NCBI GenBank assembly: GCA_963737265.1
Contig: CAVTRY010000013.1
Span: forward strand, 160,001 to 224,000
DNA from: an uncultured delta proteobacterium
GTDB taxonomy: Bacteria > Myxococcota_A > Polyangia > Fen-1088
Reading direction: 5' to 3'
Length of the DNA: 64,000 nt
The translations under genes and the position numbers were made by a program. The notes below the pieces were generated by a model, which saw only the letters and a list, made by a program, of their open reading frames with translations, had not been told where the DNA came from and did not search any database. Shown one piece after another: positions 20,189 through 30,762 of this stretch. Numbering within the stretch: the stretch's first letter is position 1; every line of letters starts with the position of its first letter.

Positions 20189-21605
20189 GCGTCGATAGAT
20201 CCGTGGAGGTCGCCGTCGACACGTTATCGGAGGTTCGAGTTGGGGGATTTTCCGATGCGGGACGAGCCGAGGGTTGGCGGGGACGTCTCGGACGAGAAGC
20301 CGGCAGGGCCCCATCGGTGACGAAAGATCGGACTTGCGCAGCCGCCGCCGTCGCTGAACCCGCGTCCCCGCGTGGCGGTACGCCACCAGCGTCAAGGCCG
20401 GCTGGCAGGGCCACCTCGGCGCGGTCCGGGGCGTATTCCCCTCGGACGAAGAGTGCGACGGCCGCCGCGATGCTGGCGGACGCGATCAGGCCACCGGCTA
20501 CCCAACCGGAGCGAAGCCTGCCACGTCGCGACTGAGGCGCGGGGATACTTGTCATGCTTAGTGGCCCACCCGTCTCGGTCGGTGGCCCCTGTCGTTCCCT
20601 GTCCGGCGCCTGAGCGGTGGACAAAGGCTCGGATTCAGTGCCGACGACGGGCTGCCAACCACTCGCGCGGCAAAGCTCCGACCAAAACTCACGCAGATTC
20701 GGATGCCGATCACGGGGACTCAAGGCGAGAGCTCGCGCGAACGCTTCCTCGACGAGGTCCGAGACTTGGCACCCGAGCGTGCGCGGCGTCGGGCGCACGG
20801 CGGCGTCCAGACACGCCGCCATCAATTGCGGTCCATCGGTTCCGTCGAGCGCGCGTCGACCCGCCATCATCTCGACCAGCACCAGTGCAAAAGCGTACAC
20901 GTCGGTCCAAGGCCCCGTGGCACCCAACCGCCGCAGCCATTGCTCGGGTGCGCTGTACGCGGGCGTGAAAGCCGTGGCGTCGCCCGTCGTGTCGGCCATC
21001 TGTCCCGTCAAGGTCGGCCATTGTCCCAAGACCTTGGCGACGCCAAAGTCGAGGATCTTCGCGGTCGTGGCGCCTTGCCGCCTGAGCAAGAAGATGTTGC
21101 CGGGTTTCACATCCCGATGAGCAATGCCTTCCACGTGCGCGACGGCCAGGCCGAGGGCGGCTTCGCGCAGGCATTGCAGTGCTTCGTCCAAGGCAAAGGT
21201 CGGCCGGGAACCCGCGCGTCGCGCGTGCAGCTCGGCTTCCAACGAAACCCCATCCAGCCACTCCATCGCGATGAATGGCAACACCGATCCATCGGCGACG
21301 GCCAAGGTTCCGGCATCGAATGAGCGCGCGATCGCGGGATGGACCGAGCCTAGCTTGAAGAGGAGCTTGCCTTCCGCCAGGAAGTGTTGAATGAACGCCG
21401 TTCTGTGCTCGTCATCGAGCCGGGCCGGCATTTTGAGCACCTTGATCGCGACGGGAACGTCCAAGGCCAGATGAATCGCCTTGTAGGTTACGCTAAAGCC
21501 GCCCTCGCCAATCCGTCGTTCGATGTGGTAGCGCCCGTCGATCACGCGGCCAGCGAGATCCATTCCACCACCGCCCGCGTGGTTCTTGTGTGGGGAGTCG
21601 GCCAC
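20163..21605 (-). CDS. Hanks-type Ser/Thr protein kinase with a TM helix
   Basis: 'IGEGGFS', 'VAIKVL', 'HRDVKPGN', 'DFG', 'YSAPEQ', 'DVYA'. Confidence 0.95.
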   Translation of the reverse strand: MADSPHKNHAGGGGMDLAGRVIDGRYHIERRIGEGGFSVTYKAIHLALDVPVAIKVLKMPARLDDEHRTAFIQHFLAEGKLLFKLGSVHPAIARSFDAGTLAVADGSVLPFIAMEWLDGVSLEAELHARRAGSRPTFALDEALQCLREAALGLAVAHVEGIAHRDVKPGNIFLLRRQGATTAKILDFGVAKVLGQWPTLTGQMADTTGDATAFTPAYSAPEQWLRRLGATGPWTDVYAFALVLVEMMAGRRALDGTDGPQLMAACLDAAVRPTPRTLGCQVSDLVEEAFARALALSPRDRHPNLREFWSELCRASGWQPVVGTESEPLSTAQAPDRERQGPPTETGGPLSMTSIPAPQSRRGRLRSGWVAGGLIASASIAAAVALFVRGEYAPDRAEVALPAGLDAGGVPPRGDAGSATAAAAQVRSFVTDGALPASRPRRPRQPSARPASENPPTRTSDNVSTATSTDLSTHEEFLQRK

Positions 21606-21619
21606 GATCGTCGAGGTTC

Positions 21620-22951
21620 CTAATCCTGGCGCAGGGAGTCGGTCTCAATTCCAAGGCGTTCGCAGACCCGGTAAAAGGTCGCGCGGGATATCCCGAGGGC
21701 CGCCGCCGCGCGCGTCGCCACGCCCTTGGCGCCGACCATGGCGGCCCGCACCTGTTCCTTGGTCAAGGGCCCGTCGGACGAAAGCACGGGCCGGACATCC
21801 GGAAGATGCCGAACACTGATTTTCCTACTGTTACTCGCCATGGCTTGGCCAATGGCGTGCGAGACAGCGTACCTGAGATTGCGTACGTTTCCCTCCCAAT
21901 GGCCTAGGGCCAGCGCCTCCGCGGCGGTGGCGTCGAAAACCAGATCGGGTGCCTCCTCTGCAAGTATCGACTGCGCCAGGACCAACACCTCATCCCTGCG
22001 CTCGCGCAGCGGCGGAACCGAAATGATGAGGCCAGCCAGACGATAATAGAGATCCTTGCGAAAGGAGCCCGACGCTGAACAGGCCTTCAAATCCCGACTG
22101 GTCGCGCTGACCAAGCGAACATCCACGTCGACATCGCTGCGCGCGCCGACTGGACGAATCTGTTTGAGGTCGATGGCGCGCAAGAGCTTGGCTTGCAGAT
22201 CAAGGCCGAGGTCGGCGACCTCATCCAGGAACAAGACGCCACCGGAGGCCTCCCGAAAGGCTCCCGGATGGGCCGTGGCCGCCCCGGTGAAGGCGCCTCT
22301 TTCGTGCCCGAACAGCACCGATTCGAACAGAGGTGGAGGAATGGCGGCGACGTTCAGCCCGACGAACGGCCCCTTGTCTTTCCGGGTCGCATGCAGCAGC
22401 CGAGCGACGGCTTCCTTGCCGGTCCCGCTTTCGCCAAGCACCAGGACCGGCGCAGCTAGGTTGGCCACGCGGATGGCCTGTTCCCAAACGCGTCCCAAGG
22501 TTGGGCCGGCGATGACGTCCCGGGGTAGTCCGAGGAAACTGGCCGCGAGTCTCCTCGGCGCGACCTTGAATGCGTCGCCATCCCTCACCGCGAGCCAGAT
22601 GGTTGCGCCAAATCGCAGGATCGCGCCGAAGTCGGCGCAGACGCCGGCGGACTGGTCCACCCGTCGACCGTCGACAAAAGTCCCTCGCGTGGAACCCAAA
22701 TCCAGCACCTGCAAGCCCTTTGCCGAGGCATCAAGAACAGCGTGTCGCCGAGAGACCGTGCTGTCCTCGACCACGATACTCGAAGCCGGGTCGCGGCCGA
22801 GCTGACACTTGGTACGCACGGAGAAGATCGCCGGGGCCTGGTCTGCGACGGAGGGAAAGATCCGAACCAGTGCGGGTCGAAAAGGTGTTCGCCCTTCGTG
22901 GGGTGAGCCCTCGGTCGGGTCGATGGGCGCTGTTGTTGCTATGTCGGGCAT
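21620..22951 (-). CDS. FHA-domain sigma-54-dependent transcriptional activator
   Basis: FHA 'GRD...VSRRHA...DLGSTRGT', AAA+ 'GESGTGKE', 'GAFTGA', 'LFLDEV', Fis HTH '[10 protein letters not shown]'. Confidence 0.95.
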   Translation of the reverse strand: MPDIATTAPIDPTEGSPHEGRTPFRPALVRIFPSVADQAPAIFSVRTKCQLGRDPASSIVVEDSTVSRRHAVLDASAKGLQVLDLGSTRGTFVDGRRVDQSAGVCADFGAILRFGATIWLAVRDGDAFKVAPRRLAASFLGLPRDVIAGPTLGRVWEQAIRVANLAAPVLVLGESGTGKEAVARLLHATRKDKGPFVGLNVAAIPPPLFESVLFGHERGAFTGAATAHPGAFREASGGVLFLDEVADLGLDLQAKLLRAIDLKQIRPVGARSDVDVDVRLVSATSRDLKACSASGSFRKDLYYRLAGLIISVPPLRERRDEVLVLAQSILAEEAPDLVFDATAAEALALGHWEGNVRNLRYAVSHAIGQAMASNSRKISVRHLPDVRPVLSSDGPLTKEQVRAAMVGAKGVATRAAAALGISRATFYRVCERLGIETDSLRQD

Positions 22952-23207
22952 GAAACTGCTGGTCGCGAAGCCTACGAGTCCGGAGCCGGCCGACCTATAG
23001 CACACCTAAGCGATGTGGGCGGCGACAGCTGAGTCAAACCCAGGCTGCCTACCGCCTGCCAAAGCCTTCGTCTTCCCTGCGGCATGCGTCACGCGATCGT
23101 CTCAGCGAGATGGTCCCGTGTCTCACAAAGACAGTGCCGATTCCGCGATGGCCGAAAGAACCGCGCCGTCCCGATCGATTTTGCGGGGCCGCAACCAGAA
23201 ATTTCGG

Positions 23208-23223
23208 TGGCCTTCACCTTGCA
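23208..23223 (+). promoter_or_regulatory. Putative sigma-54 (-24/-12) promoter
   Basis: TGGC-cttcacc-TTGCA with exact GG-N10-GC spacing, about 70 bp upstream of the 23295 start and divergent from a sigma54 activator. Confidence 0.7.
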
Positions 23224-23294
23224 TTACGCGCCGCTGTCCCGGATCGATTCCAGGTCCGGGTCGACGATCTACGGAAGAAAGAAAGGTATTTCAC

Positions 23295-26084
23295 ATGAAA
23301 GAGACGAGTAAAGACCGGTCTGTCGCCTGGAAGGCGGAGGCCGCGGTTCCGCCAGGTTTCGCGCGCCAATTAAAGTATTATAGGTCGCAAATATGTGAGT
23401 CCCGCGAGCGCCTAGGCGCCACTGGCATCGCCAGCTTGGCCGCCCTCGGAATGTTGTCGGCCTGCTCCGGGACGGCAACGTCGCAAGGAAATTCGATTCA
23501 GGCCCACCAAGCCGCCTTGACCACGGACTCGGGCCCGAGCCCGATGGGCTTCGAGTCGCCTTCCTATTGGCAGGTGACCCAGGGGAGCGTCCGCGCGCTG
23601 CAAAGCAGTGCGCAACGGACCAGTGGAGCCGCGGCCCTCGCTGTGGTCGGGCCATCGGGTTACGCGCGGATCGATAGCACTGCGTTATCGTCGACCAGTC
23701 CGGCGTTGGCGGGCTTGGCGACGGGAGCGAAGGCCGCAATTGACATCAACATCCCCGCGCAGCAAGCAAACCCGTACTGGTTTGGCGCGGTCCAGATGTA
23801 CGTGAATAGTCCGTCGCGTAACATCTATAATGGCTACCTCGGACAGGTCGAGCTCACGGGGATGCGCACAGGCAGCTATCAGACCATCCGCTTCGCGTTT
23901 CCCGACTACGTGGTTTCGGCGCTGACTGGAGCGAGTTTCGCGGACCTGACCTTCGGCATAGTTATCAATGTGCCGCAGAACAGCCCGGGCACCTATCTGC
24001 TCGACAATCTTCGTCTCAAGAGCAGCGTTTTGCCGCCGGCGCCGACCCAGCCTTCAACGGGAGAGTGGCAGGTTCCGGAAGGCCAGTCCACCACGCTCGT
24101 TGCTTGGAAGAGCATGACCGCTGGTGTGGCCGACCAGGTCGCGCAAGCCACGTTCACCCAGTCCTTGGCTCAGGTTCCACAGAGTCTGCACGTGGTCAAG
24201 GGCGCGGCGGGCGGTGGCACGGCGACCTTGGTGCTTGGTCTGACCGGCAGCACGGCCACGACCTGCACCTTTCAAGGTGACAGCGCCGGCGCGAACTATG
24301 TGCTTGTCTCTTGCACAGGTGGCGCGAAAGCAGGCGATCTGCTTCCCGCCGACAGCGTCACCCTGACGGTGAACACGGCCGACGCCAATTCACCCAAGAC
24401 CAAGATTCAGGCCCAGATCGCCCTGAATCCTGCGGGCGACGACATCGTCCAGGGGCTGCCGCCCATCCCGACCTATCTGGGATCTTCGGCGGCGGAAATG
24501 GCCGCCGCGCTCGACTCGTTCGCGCTGGCGCAGAAGAGCTGGCAGCTCGGCGACAACGTGGCGGTGCACCTGCCGACGCCGGAGCTCAACCTGCACGACA
24601 GCGAAACGACCAATGACGACATTCCGGCGCCGCAGCCGGGAGATACCGATCCGCCTTTCAAGAAGACTGTCAACCTGACCAACAGTGACATGGCGGACGC
24701 GCGCTGGCACCTCAACGGATCCATTGACGCGAATACAGACAGCGCCGGCACCCGCCACACGCATTTCGACAACACGGTGGGGACGGACATCTACATTCTT
24801 GGTGCGAAGATCAATTTGATGTCGATCAGCGCGACAGTCGATGCCAGCTCACCGGCCCCTAGCCTTGGCGGCGGCACCGGAACGTCGACGGCCAAGTACT
24901 GCTACTCGTATATCCTCCAGACCGAGCAGTGCAAGAACGCCAGCGGCAACATCGCCGCCCCCATCGATTTGTTCCGGGACAGCCCCAGCATCACCTTCAT
25001 CGACTTCACCTGGTGGATCTTCCACGTGGGTGCGAGTGGCGGTCTCGATATCTACGCCACGGTTCAAGGCGACGTCACGCCCAACGGCCTGGCGATCACC
25101 TTGACGCCGGGCGCGGCTTTGTGGTTCAAAGTGGAGGCCGGTGTCGCGGTCGGCTTTGCGGGCGGAGGTTTGTGGGGTCAGATCGACCTATTCAGAGTCC
25201 AGATTCCAATCACGGTTGGCGCTTCCATTGTCACCAACGTGGATCCGCGCGTGTGCACGCAAACTGTCAGCGAATCCCTCAGCGCACAATTGCAGTTCTC
25301 GGCTCTTGGAGGCAAGTTGGGCTACTACCTCGAAGGTGGTCTAACCTGCGGTTGGTGGGGTGGCCTGTGCTGGCGCGATGACGAAACGATCTTCCCCTGG
25401 GATGGACTAAAGGCGAATTACAACATCATTCCAGCGACCCCTCTCGTGAACCAGACTACCCCGCTGCCTCATGCGACTTGCGCTGTGCCCGGCGACGCCC
25501 CAGGCAAGGTGGACTATCCGGTGGATAGTGAATTATTTCCGCAAGGCACGACATCGTTCCTGACGGGAGAGTTCTCGCGACGTATTCCCCAGGATCCGCC
25601 GTCGGTTCCCCCGGTCGTCATGGACACGCCATTCGACTGCAAGACTTTCACGTGGTTCTCCAGTGATCCGTCTGACGTGATCACGGCGGTCCCGGGCCAG
25701 GCCATCGGCTGCACGCCCCAGATCGTCTACGGCAATCCCGGGACGCGCACCATCACCGTCGTGGCGAGCGATCCCGCGCTCGGCAACGGCAGCGCCAGCG
25801 TGCAGGTCACGGTTTCGCCCGCTCTGCCCAATCCGCCCATCCCAACCATCACCAGCATTGGCGGTTGCAATGGTCAGGCACAAGGAACGGCGACGGATCC
25901 GCTGGCCCAAGACCTGACGCTAAGCTGGTACGAGGAGCCTGGCGACCACGCGGTCGGTACGGGCACCACCTCGGGCAATCTGGGAGGTGGTTTCTCGGGC
26001 GCCCTTCGTCTGGCGGCCTCCGCACCGGACGGACGCGTGGGCGTCGTCGAGAGCCCTCTCCTGGTCTTCTGCGAGCCGAAGTAA
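23295..26084 (+). CDS. Large secreted/lipoprotein (about 930 aa): CBM-like N-terminal jelly-roll, long amphipathic beta-sheet region, Ig/PKD-like C-terminus
   Basis: RBS-like GAAAGG before ATG 23295, lipobox-like 'LSAC', 'YLLDNLRL' CBM-like end, alternating beta-strand pattern at about 24650-25400. Confidence 0.7.
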   Translation: MKETSKDRSVAWKAEAAVPPGFARQLKYYRSQICESRERLGATGIASLAALGMLSACSGTATSQGNSIQAHQAALTTDSGPSPMGFESPSYWQVTQGSVRALQSSAQRTSGAAALAVVGPSGYARIDSTALSSTSPALAGLATGAKAAIDINIPAQQANPYWFGAVQMYVNSPSRNIYNGYLGQVELTGMRTGSYQTIRFAFPDYVVSALTGASFADLTFGIVINVPQNSPGTYLLDNLRLKSSVLPPAPTQPSTGEWQVPEGQSTTLVAWKSMTAGVADQVAQATFTQSLAQVPQSLHVVKGAAGGGTATLVLGLTGSTATTCTFQGDSAGANYVLVSCTGGAKAGDLLPADSVTLTVNTADANSPKTKIQAQIALNPAGDDIVQGLPPIPTYLGSSAAEMAAALDSFALAQKSWQLGDNVAVHLPTPELNLHDSETTNDDIPAPQPGDTDPPFKKTVNLTNSDMADARWHLNGSIDANTDSAGTRHTHFDNTVGTDIYILGAKINLMSISATVDASSPAPSLGGGTGTSTAKYCYSYILQTEQCKNASGNIAAPIDLFRDSPSITFIDFTWWIFHVGASGGLDIYATVQGDVTPNGLAITLTPGAALWFKVEAGVAVGFAGGGLWGQIDLFRVQIPITVGASIVTNVDPRVCTQTVSESLSAQLQFSALGGKLGYYLEGGLTCGWWGGLCWRDDETIFPWDGLKANYNIIPATPLVNQTTPLPHATCAVPGDAPGKVDYPVDSELFPQGTTSFLTGEFSRRIPQDPPSVPPVVMDTPFDCKTFTWFSSDPSDVITAVPGQAIGCTPQIVYGNPGTRTITVVASDPALGNGSASVQVTVSPALPNPPIPTITSIGGCNGQAQGTATDPLAQDLTLSWYEEPGDHAVGTGTTSGNLGGGFSGALRLAASAPDGRVGVVESPLLVFCEPK

Positions 26085-26149
26085 ACACGAACTGCTAACC
26101 TGGGGGCCGCTTGGCGAATCGCCAGGCGGCCCCACCTTTCGCGAGAACC

Positions 26150-28003
26150 ATGATGTCACACAAACGCCTCTTTCTTGTCGCTGGTCTGGTCCTGGTGGGT
26201 TCGGCTTCGGCCATCGCCTGGTCCCGGCTGCATTCGGCCGCGCCACCAACAGTGGGTTGTTTCCGATTGGGCGAGCAGATTCGCAGCAAAATGGATCTCA
26301 AGCTGTCCGTGAGCATGGGCCGGTCCAAACCACAGCACATGACACTGACCGGCGAGCTCGCGGCCACACCCGTGGATCGTCACGATGGCGTTGTGGAAGT
26401 TGCCTATGAGCTTACTCAGGCACAGGCCAACCTGGCGGCCAACGACGGCCTGCCTACCCCGGAACTCCATCAGGCCGAGTTGGAACTCGCCAGTGGGCTC
26501 GGGCAACGTTTCTATGTGCGCTACCGTCCCGACGGAGCGGCGGTGGCCATCAGTTTCGATCGTGGTTACGAGGTCGGCTTTGCCAATGTGTTGCGCACGA
26601 TTGTTGGCATGGCGCAAATTGTTCAAGGAACGCAAACCGCGCCGACATGGACCGTGCTGGAGGAGGACGCCAACGGCCAGTACCTCGCGTCCTATGCTCG
26701 CACGGATGGACCACGGCTGACCAAGCGAAAGCTCCGCTACATTGTGGAGAGCGACGCCGCCCACACGAACAAACAGCAAACCGCTGTCGTTCCGATCCCT
26801 CAGCTCGACGAAGCAAGCTTCGAGCTAACGCCGGACGCACGCGGACGAATTCGGGAAATGCAGGGGCGCGAAAAGGTCAACCTGTCGCTTCCCGCGGCCC
26901 ATTTGAGCGTGGAGACCGACGCTGAATTACGCCTTTCCCAGTCAACCGTCGTCATGGTGACCGCGTTGGTCGGCGACTACCAACGGCGCAAGAACGAGGT
27001 TCTGACCCAGCCCATGCAAGGCACTTCAGGGGATCCCAAGGTGCAGCGTGGTTTCAATGATCGGAAGGTCCTCGGCCGAGCGACCCTCGACCAACTGTGG
27101 GGCGAGCTCTTGGCGTCTCCGGATCCGAGCAATTCGGCCAAGAACGCGGACACCGTTCGGCGCTTCGAGGCGCTGTTTCGCCTACAAGAGTCCACCATCG
27201 CGGAAATCCTGAAGCGTCTTGCCGGCACGTCCCCGCAACTCGCGAAGATCGTGGTGGACGCACTCTCGCTCGCCGGGACAGAGGCCACGCAGGATGCCTT
27301 GGCCGCCATCGCCGTCGATGAACACTTTTCCGATCTTCCCCGTTCCTATGCTCTCCGTTACCTTGCCCACCAGGATACCCCAACCGCCGCGGCGCTGGCC
27401 GCGGCAGAGCGACTTATCGACGATGGCAATGAAGACCGCCGTCAGATGGCGCGTTTCGCCTATGGAACGCTCGCTTCCAAGCTCGCGGGCGAGCATCCAA
27501 GCCAAGCCGATTCCATGGTGCGTACGCTGCTGCAAAGACTTGAACGGTCCGCCAACGATGAAGAGCGGAGCGATCTCTATCTGGCCTTGGGCAATACCGC
27601 CAATATGGCCGCCTTCGAGGCACTTCAGCAAGCGACCACGAAGGGCTCACTTCTGCTGCGAGCAACGGCTCTTCAAGCCATCGGCCGCATCAACGATCCA
27701 CGCGTGATTCCACTGCTGGAGGCCGCGCTTGTTTCCAGGGAGCAATCGATCCGCATGGCCACCATGGACGGCATCGGTCGCCGCGAGATAGGCCCCTTCC
27801 TGCCTGCTCTGGTGAAGACAGCGCAAACCGACGAGAGTCCCTATGTGCGAAGCGCGGCTGTCGATCACCTTGGGTCGGCGCTCGACGCGGCTCCGCAACT
27901 GCGTGCGGTGCTGTCCGAGCGAGCCAGCAAGGACAGCGATGCCAAAGTTCGAGCCGCCGCCGTTCGAGCCCTCGAACCGAGATCGGCCACGCGGCAATAC
28001 TAG
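26150..28003 (+). CDS. Secreted protein with an N-terminal beta-rich domain and C-terminal HEAT repeats (vitellogenin/MTP N-terminal-like)
   Basis: Signal peptide, beta-rich region 'WTVLEEDANGQYLASY...KRKLRY', helical 'LSLAGTEATQDAL', 'LALGN' and HEAT repeats 'VRAAAVRAL'. Confidence 0.75.
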   Translation: MMSHKRLFLVAGLVLVGSASAIAWSRLHSAAPPTVGCFRLGEQIRSKMDLKLSVSMGRSKPQHMTLTGELAATPVDRHDGVVEVAYELTQAQANLAANDGLPTPELHQAELELASGLGQRFYVRYRPDGAAVAISFDRGYEVGFANVLRTIVGMAQIVQGTQTAPTWTVLEEDANGQYLASYARTDGPRLTKRKLRYIVESDAAHTNKQQTAVVPIPQLDEASFELTPDARGRIREMQGREKVNLSLPAAHLSVETDAELRLSQSTVVMVTALVGDYQRRKNEVLTQPMQGTSGDPKVQRGFNDRKVLGRATLDQLWGELLASPDPSNSAKNADTVRRFEALFRLQESTIAEILKRLAGTSPQLAKIVVDALSLAGTEATQDALAAIAVDEHFSDLPRSYALRYLAHQDTPTAAALAAAERLIDDGNEDRRQMARFAYGTLASKLAGEHPSQADSMVRTLLQRLERSANDEERSDLYLALGNTANMAAFEALQQATTKGSLLLRATALQAIGRINDPRVIPLLEAALVSREQSIRMATMDGIGRREIGPFLPALVKTAQTDESPYVRSAAVDHLGSALDAAPQLRAVLSERASKDSDAKVRAAAVRALEPRSATRQY

Positions 28004-28181
28004 GAATAGCGAAGATGAACTGCGTGACGGCAAAGAGCGCGGTTATGATCCCAATGAAGGGCGCGATGTTCCGAGTGTACGTCACCGCCTCAAGAAGTCG
28101 CGGAAGAATCGGGAACACGAGCCCGATGCTCACGGCGTCGAGACCGATTGTGGCGAAGGTGACCACGAGGGGTCTGCGCAT
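28002..28181 (-). pseudogene. N-terminal fragment (about 60 aa) of a TetA/TCR-family MFS efflux protein
   Basis: 'MRRPLVVTFATIGLDAVSIGLVFPILPRLL...IGIITALFAVTQFIFA' resembles TetA TM1-2. Similarity stops at the convergent HEAT gene. Confidence 0.75.
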
Positions 28182-28240
28182 CGTGAAGTTTCCGATTCCG
28201 ATTAGGGCTAAGGGTCCTACCGGCCTAATCAAGATGCCAA

Positions 28241-29659
28241 TTATCCCCGCGCCGGCGTTGCGTTTGCGTGGCTGGAGCGCGGGGGCGGAGCCTTTTTGCT
28301 GCCACTCTTGTCGCCGTTATCGAGGATGAAGTAGTTCACGCCCGGAGTCCCGCAGGCGTCGCCGTTGCGGTGGAATTTCCAGTGGAGGTAGACCTTGCCG
28401 TTCCCTGACAGGATGGCGGTTGGCGGCGTGGGAAAGGGCGCGGCAGCGTACACGGCGCTGATGGCGGCGCCATCGAAGCCCGTGATTCCCGACGTGCGCA
28501 CCATGGCGATTTTGTCCACGTTGCCTTCTCCATCCAAGACGATTTCCAATTTCGCGACCAGTTTCAGGTCGTTCATGGGGCTATCCCGGAACGACGTGTC
28601 CATTTGGGTCAGAAAACCAAACGCCCACTTTTCGTGGATTTGACGGTGCATGCGCGTGATGAATTGCGCGAACGGGGCGGCTCGGGTATTCAGCTCGGTT
28701 TGGTTGTCCGGCGTGACTTCATCGATGAAATTCTCCAGAGCAGAAAACACGCGCTCATTCCGCTCGGTGAATTTCCCTTTGTGTTTGGATCTTTCCTGCT
28801 TGGCCACCGCCGCCGCCGTTTCGGCGTCGTCGCCAAACGTCGAGGCGTAGCCTTGCTTGGTTAAATGGGGTGGATCGGCCATGGTGGAAGCACGACGCGG
28901 CCCTTCTGCCTCGCGCCGACCATCTTCCGCCTTGGAGAGCATTCCGTCGGGATCTTCCGGGAGCAGATCACCCCGCGCGCCGGCCTTTTCCAGGCCAGGC
29001 ACACGCATGGACAAGGTGGGGCGGGGCTCGATCATGGGATTTGACTCCTCGGCCAGGGCTTTGCGCCCGCGCTGGCCGGGCTTTGCCTCCCTGTCTTCCA
29101 GTTGCGCGATTTTGTCCTTGTCGTCGGATGGCTCAGATGGTTTTCCTTGTCGATTCTTTTCCAGGTTGGTTTGCCGGGCGCGGGTCTCATGTTCGGCGCG
29201 ATTGTTTCGCTGGGCCAGGTACTTGGCGTCCTTGGCTGCGTCCTCCTCTTTGCCCATGTCCAGGTCGACCATCTTTTGCCCAGGCAACTCCTCCGGTTGC
29301 GCCACAGTTTTCTCTTCGGGCTTGGGCGCCACCGGCTCGGGTTGCGGCGGTTTGGGCTCACGCGCGCGCTCGGCACTAGCTTGTGGTCTGGGCGGCTTGG
29401 CAGTGGGCGACTTTTCGGTCCTTTCGGGCAGTTTCGTTGCCTTGCTCGGCTCCATCGGTTCTTCAACGGCGGGCAGGTTGGGCGGTAGCTCCTCGTCCTT
29501 GACGGACTCGAAGCTTAGTCCCACTTCGTTGTTCGCGGGCTTGTCCCACCAAAACACCCATGCCATGAGCGGCACCAGCACTTGCGCATGCAGGAGAATG
29601 GACAGCAGCAGTCCACGGCCAATCCGGCCGCGATCTCGCCGCGTTTTCTGCCATGCCAT
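28241..29659 (-). CDS. TonB-family protein (N-terminal TM, Pro/Lys-rich linker, TonB C-terminal domain)
   Basis: 'SILLH' TM motif, Pro-rich linker, 'TSGITGFDGAAISAVYAAAPFPTPP'. Confidence 0.85.
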   Translation of the reverse strand: MAWQKTRRDRGRIGRGLLLSILLHAQVLVPLMAWVFWWDKPANNEVGLSFESVKDEELPPNLPAVEEPMEPSKATKLPERTEKSPTAKPPRPQASAERAREPKPPQPEPVAPKPEEKTVAQPEELPGQKMVDLDMGKEEDAAKDAKYLAQRNNRAEHETRARQTNLEKNRQGKPSEPSDDKDKIAQLEDREAKPGQRGRKALAEESNPMIEPRPTLSMRVPGLEKAGARGDLLPEDPDGMLSKAEDGRREAEGPRRASTMADPPHLTKQGYASTFGDDAETAAAVAKQERSKHKGKFTERNERVFSALENFIDEVTPDNQTELNTRAAPFAQFITRMHRQIHEKWAFGFLTQMDTSFRDSPMNDLKLVAKLEIVLDGEGNVDKIAMVRTSGITGFDGAAISAVYAAAPFPTPPTAILSGNGKVYLHWKFHRNGDACGTPGVNYFILDNGDKSGSKKAPPPRSSHANATPARG

Positions 29660-29748
29660 GTGCGAAGCGGAGGTTACCTGAACACCGCGCTTGATTCACG
29701 AGGTTACGGCTCTTACGCGAAGTCTTCGATTCGCGTACAATCCCCGCC

Positions 29749-30762
29749 ATGGACATCGTACTTGGCGTTCTCCTCGGATCGATTCTGTGGTTTTTTGCCC
29801 GCTACGGCCTGGGCGGCTTCTACACTATCGGGCCCAACGAGCGGGCTGTCCTCTGCACCTTCGGGCGCGCGCAACGACTGGGGGAGGAAACGACGCTGAG
29901 CGATCCTGTCGCCGAGAAGCTGAATGACGATGAGAAGCAGCGCTACGATTACCCGCAGGTGCGGGTCATCGGGCCAGGCTTCCATTGGAAGCTGCCGTGG
30001 CAAACCTTGCACCGCACCTCCATCGCTACCTCGACGGTTTCCATCGCCTTCGATCCCGAGGATCCTTCAGCCAACTCGAGCGGGCAGGTTTTGGAGGCGG
30101 TCACCAAGGATCAGTTGAACACCGGCTTGGTCGGCCAGATCCGCTTCACCGTGTCCGAGCGCAATCTGTACGCCTACTTCTTTGGCGTCAAGCGCCCGGT
30201 CGCGCATGTACTTGGCTACTTCGTTTCGGTCTTGCGCGACCGCATCGCCAACTTCGAGGCCCCCGACAAGGCGCGCGCCACCGGCGCCGAACCCGCCGAC
30301 GCGACCGACATCAGCGGCGTGCAAGGGATCTCCATCAATGACCTGCGCAAGAACCTGCGCGACCTCAACGAGCGCATGGATGCCGAGTGCGAAACCGCAG
30401 CCGCGCGCTACGGCATCCACCTCGATGCCGCCCTCATCACCGGCATCGATCCGCCGGCCGAGGTGGATTCGGCGCTTGCCGCCATCAACACCGCGCACAA
30501 CCTCGTGTCGAGCGAAATCAGCCTGGCGCAAGCCGCGGCCGACCAGCGCATCGTCCAGTCCAAACGCGCGGTGGAGATCGAAACTCTGAACGCACAGGCA
30601 GAAGTCGAGCCCTTGCTTGCCCTCGCCGATCAGCTACGTGACCTCGCGGGCAACGGCGGTCCACAGGCCCTCGAGGCCTACGTGCGCAATGCCAAGATCG
30701 CGCTGCAACGCCGGGCGCGCACCCTGGTCTTGCAAAACGCCACCCTGGGAGGGACCAAGTGA
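29749..30762 (+). CDS. SPFH/band-7 domain protein
   Basis: N-terminal TM, 'NERAVLCTFG', 'GPGFHWKLPW', 'IDPPAEV..AL'. Confidence 0.85.
   Translation: MDIVLGVLLGSILWFFARYGLGGFYTIGPNERAVLCTFGRAQRLGEETTLSDPVAEKLNDDEKQRYDYPQVRVIGPGFHWKLPWQTLHRTSIATSTVSIAFDPEDPSANSSGQVLEAVTKDQLNTGLVGQIRFTVSERNLYAYFFGVKRPVAHVLGYFVSVLRDRIANFEAPDKARATGAEPADATDISGVQGISINDLRKNLRDLNERMDAECETAAARYGIHLDAALITGIDPPAEVDSALAAINTAHNLVSSEISLAQAAADQRIVQSKRAVEIETLNAQAEVEPLLALADQLRDLAGNGGPQALEAYVRNAKIALQRRARTLVLQNATLGGTK

Noticed and set aside
26101-26134. Intrinsic terminator between the two secreted-protein genes
   Set aside because: A strong GC stem is present but has no proper U tract. More likely an mRNA-stabilising hairpin, so it is left uncalled.
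27690-28232. Functional tetracycline resistance gene
   Set aside because: Only about 60 aa are TetA-like. The rest is antisense to the HEAT gene.
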